Shown: positions 26,937 through 32,384 of the stretch, in pieces
Numbering within the stretch: the stretch's first letter is position 1
Layout of the letters: each line of letters opens with the position of its first letter
Source of the DNA: Nitriliruptoraceae bacterium
GTDB taxonomy: Bacteria; Actinomycetota; Nitriliruptoria; Nitriliruptorales; Nitriliruptoraceae
DNA: 32,384 bases
NCBI GenBank assembly: GCA_007120485.1
Contig: SKNP01000165.1
Location: 1 to 32,384 of the forward strand
Reading direction: 5' to 3'
Program-made: the position numbers and the translations under genes
The notes under the pieces: generated by a model
The model's input: the letters and a program-made list of their open reading frames with translations, nothing else
Told to the model about the DNA's origin: nothing
Database searches by the model: none

Positions 26937-28403
26937 TCAGGCGCCGCGGGCGCTCAGGAACCGCTCACGCGCCTCGCGATGGTCGACGATCGGCGGTGGG
27001 TAGTCCGAGGCGGCGCGCAGCAGGGTGTCGTCCGCTTCCCACGGCGCGTGGATGTGCGCGTCGTCGACCTCGGCGAGCTCGGGCACGTACGCGCGCACGT
27101 AGCTCCCGTCGGGGTCGTGGCGCTGCCCCTGGGTCACCGGGTTGAACATGCGGTTGGGTCGGGAGTCGGTGCCGGTCCCGGCGGTCCACTGCCACTGGCC
27201 GAAGTTGTTGGCCAGATCCCCGTCGACCAGGTGGTCCATGAAGTGCCAGGCACCGACGCGCCAGTCCACGTACAGGTGCTTGGTGAGGAACGAGGCCACG
27301 ATCATCCGGGCCCGGTTGTGCATCCACCCGTCGTGGCGAAGCTGGCGCATCCCGGCGTCGACCACCGGGTAGCCGGTGAGGCCGTCCTGCCAGGCCTCGA
27401 CCGCGTCCTGCTCATCACGCCACGCGTCGCCCTGGGTCCGGACATCGGCATGGGTCAGATCGGGCCGGGCCGCGAGCAGCTGGTGGTTGAAGTCCCGCCA
27501 GCACAGCTCCTGGAGGAACGCCTCCTGCCCGGGCCGGGTGCGGTCGACGCGGGCGACCAGCTCCGCGACCGAGATCGTGCCCAGGTGCAGGTGCGGCGAC
27601 AGCCGGGACGTTCCGTCCTCCGCCAGGTGGTTGCGGGTGTCGTCGTAGGCATCGATCGGGCCGTCGAACCACAGGTCTGCCCGCTCGCGTGCAGCGGTCT
27701 CCCCTGCCGGGGGCAGGCCCGGGGCGGTCGGGCCGTCGGTGAGCTCCTCGAGGGCCGGCAGGGCCCCGGCCAGCGGCGGGTCGTCCGGCGCGCGGGTCGA
27801 GGTCGAGGCGGAGGTCGACGTCGAGTTCGCGGTCGAGGCGGAGGTCGACGTCGAGGTCGACGTCGGGGTCAGGGGCGGGGTGGACACGCGGCTCGGGGCC
27901 GGCTCGGGTGCCCGATGGTCGGCGGCGACCCACCGGCGCCAGTAGGGGCTGAACACCTTGAAGTGGTCTCCCCCCGACGGCGCGAGGTCATCCGGTGGGA
28001 TCTGCACGATGCCCGGGTGGACCTGGACCGCGAGCCGTCCGCCCAGCGGGCCGCGCGCGAGCGTCCGCAACCGCTGCTCGCGTCGGTCGGCGTACGCGCT
28101 GACGTCCGAGCTGAGGTGGAGCTGGTCGGCGGCCACCTCGATGGCCAGGTCGTGGACCTGCTCGACCGGATCACCTCGACGGATGACCAGGTCGCCACCG
28201 CGCTCCTGCAGGCGGCGACGGAGGTCACGCACGCTGTCGAGCAGCGCGCTGACGCGGTTGGGCGCGGCGTAGCGCGACCGCAGGATCGCGTCGTCGAACA
28301 CGAACAGCGGCACGACCCGATCGGCCTCGCGGCAGGCGGCGGCCAGCGCCGGGTGATCGTGGACGCGTAGGTCGCGGGTGAACAGCACGATCGCGGTCGT
28401 CAC
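26937..28403 (-). CDS. phrB: Deoxyribodipyrimidine photolyase (CPD class I/III-like)
   Basis: FTRDLRVHDHPAL, GTSRLSPHLHLG, TGYPVVDAGMRQL...GWMHNRARMIVASFLTK, LVDGD, FNP..Q..HDPDG. GTG 28403 follows SD GGAG. Confidence 0.95.
   Translation of the reverse strand: MTTAIVLFTRDLRVHDHPALAAACREADRVVPLFVFDDAILRSRYAAPNRVSALLDSVRDLRRRLQERGGDLVIRRGDPVEQVHDLAIEVAADQLHLSSDVSAYADRREQRLRTLARGPLGGRLAVQVHPGIVQIPPDDLAPSGGDHFKVFSPYWRRWVAADHRAPEPAPSRVSTPPLTPTSTSTSTSASTANSTSTSASTSTRAPDDPPLAGALPALEELTDGPTAPGLPPAGETAARERADLWFDGPIDAYDDTRNHLAEDGTSRLSPHLHLGTISVAELVARVDRTRPGQEAFLQELCWRDFNHQLLAARPDLTHADVRTQGDAWRDEQDAVEAWQDGLTGYPVVDAGMRQLRHDGWMHNRARMIVASFLTKHLYVDWRVGAWHFMDHLVDGDLANNFGQWQWTAGTGTDSRPNRMFNPVTQGQRHDPDGSYVRAYVPELAEVDDAHIHAPWEADDTLLRAASDYPPPIVDHREARERFLSARGA
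27794..27870. repeat. Low-complexity repeat built from gtcgag/gtcgac hexamers with a 30-bp duplication, encoding a Ser/Thr tract in the photolyase
   Basis: ggtcgaggcggaggtcgacgtcgag occurs twice, 30 bp apart; translates as TPTSTSTSTSASTANSTSTSASTST. Confidence 0.8.
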
Positions 28404-28654
28404 GCGGTCTCCGGGGTCGGTCGGGTCTGGGCGGGGCGGATCGGTTGGGGCGGATCGGTGCGGGGCGTGGCGATGTCGCTGCCGTCCCCCACCGGTCTTC
28501 GGACCCACAGGGCTCCTGGCCGAGGTCGACCGCCGCACCCTCCCCCGGCTGCGCTGCAGGAAACGTGTGCACCCAGGACCACTGCATGTGCACCGACCTG
28601 CACACACGGCCGTCGGCGGGCGTGTCACCGGCCGCGGGTAGGGTCGAGGCGACG

Positions 28655-31600
28655 ATGACCGACGACGTGCTCCAGCGGTTCTCCGCCCCCGCCCGCGAGT
28701 GGTTCACCACCACGTTCGCGCAGCCGACGGCTGCCCAGCAGCAGGGCTGGCCGGCGATCGCCGACGGCCAGCACACCTTGATCCTGGCGCCGACCGGCTC
28801 GGGCAAGACGCTCACGGCCTTCTACTGGGCGATCGACCGGCTGACCTCCACGCCGCCACCCGAAGACCCGAGCCGACGGCTGCGGGTGCTGTACGTCTCA
28901 CCGCTGCGGGCGCTGGCGGTGGACGTCGACCGCAACCTGCGCGCACCGCTGGAGGGCATCAGGCTGGCTGGCGAGCGGCTGGGCATCGAGGTGCACCGTC
29001 CACAGGTGGGCGTGCGCACCGGCGACACACCGGCGCGGGAGCGCGAACGGATGCGGCGCCGACCACCCGACGTGCTGATCACCACCCCGGAATCGCTGTA
29101 CCTGCTGCTGACCTCGCAGGCACGCGAGACCCTGCGCGGGGTCGAGGCCGTCATCATCGACGAGATCCACGCCCTGGCCCCGACCAAACGCGGCAGCCAC
29201 CTCACGCTGTCGCTGGAGCGGCTCGAACACGAGGTCCGGTTCGGGGGGCTCGACGAGGACGCTGCGCCGCGGCCGGCGCCCCAACGCATCGCGCTGTCGG
29301 CCACACAACGGCCGCTGGACGAGATCGCCCGGTTCCTCGGCGGCTACGCCGATCCCCCGACGACCGAGACGAGCTCGACGAGCACCGCCGGTGCACCGGA
29401 CGGCCAGGGTCAGGACGACACGGGCCCCCGCGACCCCAGCCACGGGTTCGACCACCACCACGACCGCCCGGCCGGACCGGAACGTCCCGTGACGATCGTC
29501 GACGCCGGCATGCGCAAGGAGCTCGACCTGGAGGTGGTCGTCCCGCTGGAGGACATGGCCGAGCTCGGCGAGCAGATCGAGGGCGGCCGCGACGCGCAGC
29601 TGATGTCCGGGGCGGCCGCGCAGAGCCCCGCCCGCCGGTCCATCTGGCCGGCGATCCACCCGAAGCTGCTCGACCTGGTCCTCGACCACCGGTCCACCCT
29701 GATCTTCGTCAACGCGCGCCGGCTGGCCGAGCGGCTCGCCGCCAAGCTCAACGAGCTGCACGCGCAGCGCGAGGAGGAGGCCCACCTGCGCGGTCGCGGC
29801 CTGGACGACGCCCAGCTCGACCAGGCGCTGCAGGCGCTGGCCGACCATGGGCCCGGGGCGGGCCGGGCCATCGCCGATGGCATCGATCCGGAGCACGCCG
29901 CCGACCACGCGCACGACCCGGCCAACCCGCACGACCCGGGCAGCGCCCACGTCCCGGAGCTGGTCAAGGCCCACCACGGCTCGCTCAGCCGGGAACGCCG
30001 GCTGCAGATCGAGGACGAGCTCAAGTCCGGCCAGCTCCGCGGCCTGGTCGCGACCTCCAGCCTGGAGCTGGGCATCGACATGGGTGCGGTCGACCAGGTC
30101 GTGCAGGTCGCCTCCCCCGGCGCGGTCAGCCGCGGCCTGCAGCGCATCGGCCGCGCCGGTCACCAGGTCGACCAGCCCTCCCGAGGCGTGCTGTTCCCCA
30201 AGTACCGCGGCGACCTGGTGGAGATCGCCGTCGTCACCCGCCGGATGCGCGACGGGGCGATCGAGGCCACCCGCTACCCCCGCAACCCCTTGGACGTCCT
30301 CGCGCAGCAGATCGTCGCCATGACCGCGGTCGATCCGTGGCACCTCGACGACCTCGCGGCGGTCGTTCGCCGCGCCGCACCGTTCCACGAACTGTCCGAC
30401 GAGGTGCTCCACGCGGTCCTCGACCTGCTGGCTGGCCGCTACCCGTCGGAGGAGTTCGCCGAGCTGCGGCCGCGCATCGTCTGGGACCGCGTCGCGCAGA
30501 CCGTCCGGGCGCGCGCCGGGGCGCAACGGCTCGCGGTGACCAACCCGGGGACGATCCCCGACCGCGGGCTGTTCGGCGTGTTCCTACCGGACGGCACCCG
30601 GGTCGGCGAACTCGACGAGGAGATGGTCCACGAGTCCCGCGCCGGGGAGACGTTCGTGCTCGGCGCCTCCACCTGGCGCATCGAGGACATCACCTACGAC
30701 CGGGTCGTCGTCACCCCCGCGCCGGGCGAGCCGGGCAAGCTGCCGTTCTGGCACGGGGACGGACCCGGACGGCCGTTCGAGCTCGGCCAGGCGCTGGGGG
30801 CCTTCCACCGCACCGTGCGCGAGGCGTCCGAGACCGACCGCGACGCCGAGGTGGCACGGCTGCAGGCCGAGCACGACCTCGACGGATGGGCGGCGGACAA
30901 CCTCGTCGCCTACCTCGAGGAACAGCGACAGGTCACCGGGTCGCTGCCCGACGACCGGACGATCGTCGTGGAGCGGTTCCGGGACGAACTGGGTGACTGG
31001 CGCGTCTGCCTGCTGTCGCCGTTCGGGGCGCAGGTGCACGCTCCGTGGGCCATGGCGATCGAGCACCGCCTGACCCAGGAGGGCCACGACCCGGAGGTGA
31101 TGTGGACCGACGACGGGATCGTGCTGCGGCTGCTGGACACCACCGCGGACCCGTTCACCGGGACGATCGACGCGTCCCTGGGGGGCGTGGTCGACCGGTT
31201 GGCCGGTGCCGCGTTCGAGGCCGCCGACGGTCCGCGCGGCGGCGAAGGCGCGGCCGCCGGCGCCAACGGCGGATCGGTGGAGGCACGGGGCCCGGTCGCC
31301 GACGACGCCGCGCCGTCGCTGCTCGACGCGTTGCTGATCGACCCGGACGACATCGACGACCTGGTCGTCGCGCAACTGGCCGGCACCGCGCTGTTCACCA
31401 CGCTGTTCCGCGAAGCCGCCGGCCGGGCCCTGCTGCTGCCCAAGCGGATGCCGGGCAAACGCACCGCCCTGTGGCACCAGCGACAGCGCGCCGCGGACCT
31501 GCTCCAGGTCGCCAGCCGCTACCCGAGCTTCCCCATCGTCTTGGAGGCCACCCGCGAAGCGCTCCAGGACGTGTTCGACCTGCCCGGCCTGCGCACCCTC

Positions 31601-32384
31601 CTGGCCGACCTGCGCAGCCGCAAGCTTAGGATCGTGGAGGTCGAGACCTCCTCGGCCTCCCCGTTCGCCCAGTCGCTGCTGTTCGGCTGGGTCGGGCAGT
31701 ACATGTACGAGTACGACGCACCGCTCGCCGAACGTCGGGCGGCGGCGCTCGCGCTGGACCGCGACCTGCTCCGCGAACTGCTCGGCGGCGACGAACTGCG
31801 CGACCTGCTCGACGCGGACGTCCTCGCACAGCTCGAACGGGAGCTCCAGCGGCTGCCGGCCGACACCGATGAGACCGGTCCCACGGAGGCCGCCGACGCC
31901 CCACCGGACCGGCGCGCCCGCGACGTGGACGAGCTGCACGACGTCCTGCGCCAGCTCGGTGACCTCACCCGTGAGGAGCTCGCCGAGCGATCCCGACACG
32001 AGCCGCACGCCTGGATCGAGCAGCTGCTCGAGGAACGGCGCGCCATCGCGGTGCGCGTCGGCGGACAGGAGCGCATCGCCGCCGCGGACGACGCCGCCCG
32101 CCTGCGCGACGCGATCGGGGTGGCGCTGCCGCCGGGGCTGCCGCAGGCCTACACCGAACCGGTCGAGGACCCGCTCGCCGACCTCGTCGCCCGCTACGCC
32201 CGCACCCACGGCCCGTTCCACGCGGAGGCCTGCGCCCACCGGCTGGCCGTCCCCACTGAGCGGGTCCTGGCCACCCTGCGATGGCTGGCCCGCTCCGACC
32301 GGGTGTTGGAGGGCGAGTTCCGCCCCGACGGCAGCGGCCGCGAATGGATCGACACCGAGGTGCTCCGTCGGCTCAAACGCCGCT
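28655..32384 (+). CDS. lhr: Lhr-family SF2 ATP-dependent helicase (3'-truncated by window edge; not in the ORF track)
   Basis: Manual translation from ATG 28655: MTDDVLQRFSAPAREWF...PTAAQ..GWP..APTGSGKT, SPLRAL, TTPES, DEIH, LSAT, HHGS, ATSSLELGIDMG, QRIGRAGH, GTIPDRG, VGELDEE, ending EWIDTEVLRRLKRR. The motifs I frame-checked are all in one frame. Confidence 0.95.
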   Translation, partial: MTDDVLQRFSAPAREWFTTTFAQPTAAQQQGWPAIADGQHTLILAPTGSGKTLTAFYWAIDRLTSTPPPEDPSRRLRVLYVSPLRALAVDVDRNLRAPLEGIRLAGERLGIEVHRPQVGVRTGDTPARERERMRRRPPDVLITTPESLYLLLTSQARETLRGVEAVIIDEIHALAPTKRGSHLTLSLERLEHEVRFGGLDEDAAPRPAPQRIALSATQRPLDEIARFLGGYADPPTTETSSTSTAGAPDGQGQDDTGPRDPSHGFDHHHDRPAGPERPVTIVDAGMRKELDLEVVVPLEDMAELGEQIEGGRDAQLMSGAAAQSPARRSIWPAIHPKLLDLVLDHRSTLIFVNARRLAERLAAKLNELHAQREEEAHLRGRGLDDAQLDQALQALADHGPGAGRAIADGIDPEHAADHAHDPANPHDPGSAHVPELVKAHHGSLSRERRLQIEDELKSGQLRGLVATSSLELGIDMGAVDQVVQVASPGAVSRGLQRIGRAGHQVDQPSRGVLFPKYRGDLVEIAVVTRRMRDGAIEATRYPRNPLDVLAQQIVAMTAVDPWHLDDLAAVVRRAAPFHELSDEVLHAVLDLLAGRYPSEEFAELRPRIVWDRVAQTVRARAGAQRLAVTNPGTIPDRGLFGVFLPDGTRVGELDEEMVHESRAGETFVLGASTWRIEDITYDRVVVTPAPGEPGKLPFWHGDGPGRPFELGQALGAFHRTVREASETDRDAEVARLQAEHDLDGWAADNLVAYLEEQRQVTGSLPDDRTIVVERFRDELGDWRVCLLSPFGAQVHAPWAMAIEHRLTQEGHDPEVMWTDDGIVLRLLDTTADPFTGTIDASLGGVVDRLAGAAFEAADGPRGGEGAAAGANGGSVEARGPVADDAAPSLLDALLIDPDDIDDLVVAQLAGTALFTTLFREAAGRALLLPKRMPGKRTALWHQRQRAADLLQVASRYPSFPIVLEATREALQDVFDLPGLRTLLADLRSRKLRIVEVETSSASPFAQSLLFGWVGQYMYEYDAPLAERRAAALALDRDLLRELLGGDELRDLLDADVLAQLERELQRLPADTDETGPTEAADAPPDRRARDVDELHDVLRQLGDLTREELAERSRHEPHAWIEQLLEERRAIAVRVGGQERIAAADDAARLRDAIGVALPPGLPQAYTEPVEDPLADLVARYARTHGPFHAEACAHRLAVPTERVLATLRWLARSDRVLEGEFRPDGSGREWIDTEVLRRLKRR

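Noticed and set aside
28433..28459. ggggcggatcggt duplicated in the photolyase leader
   Set aside because: Only two copies in low-complexity G-rich sequence, with no supportable function.
29348..29955. Inteins in Lhr
   Set aside because: Insertions are short and lack C/S-start, His-Asn-end and LAGLIDADG motifs.
28699..30996. 765-aa plus-strand ORF and the minus-strand ORFs over the same region
   Set aside because: Arg/Pro/Gly-rich off-frame or antisense readings; the real gene is lhr from 28655.

Overview
High-GC actinobacterial chromosomal window. The very acidic secreted proteins suggest a halo- or alkali-tolerant lineage such as Nitriliruptoria (inference). It holds 26 ordinary protein-coding genes, one possible 21-codon mini-ORF and one tRNA-Gly(GCC). 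In order: the 3' part of a STAND/TPR regulator; an orphan MEDS histidine kinase; a SAM methyltransferase; a minus-strand operon (five-gene Opp/Dpp ABC importer, ThnT/DmpA-like S58 hydrolase, SDR, amidase); a second methyltransferase; a small membrane protein with a 36-bp repeat; an MFS transporter; two GAF-ANTAR genes; a rhodanese lipoprotein, GntR-UTRA regulator and SseA sulfurtransferase; a third methyltransferase; an alpha/beta hydrolase with a STAND-LuxR regulator just downstream of the tRNA; dut, WS/DGAT and photolyase; and a divergent Lhr helicase running off the right end (absent from the supplied ORF track). I saw no integrase, transposase, CRISPR array or clear defence system, and no unambiguous new system. 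The best leads are a candidate sulfur-responsive GntR module with a perfect palindrome at the rhodanese promoter, the mini-ORF that appears to relay translational coupling inside the ABC/hydrolase operon, and a photolyase-dUTPase-Lhr cluster with phased TGCAC repeats.
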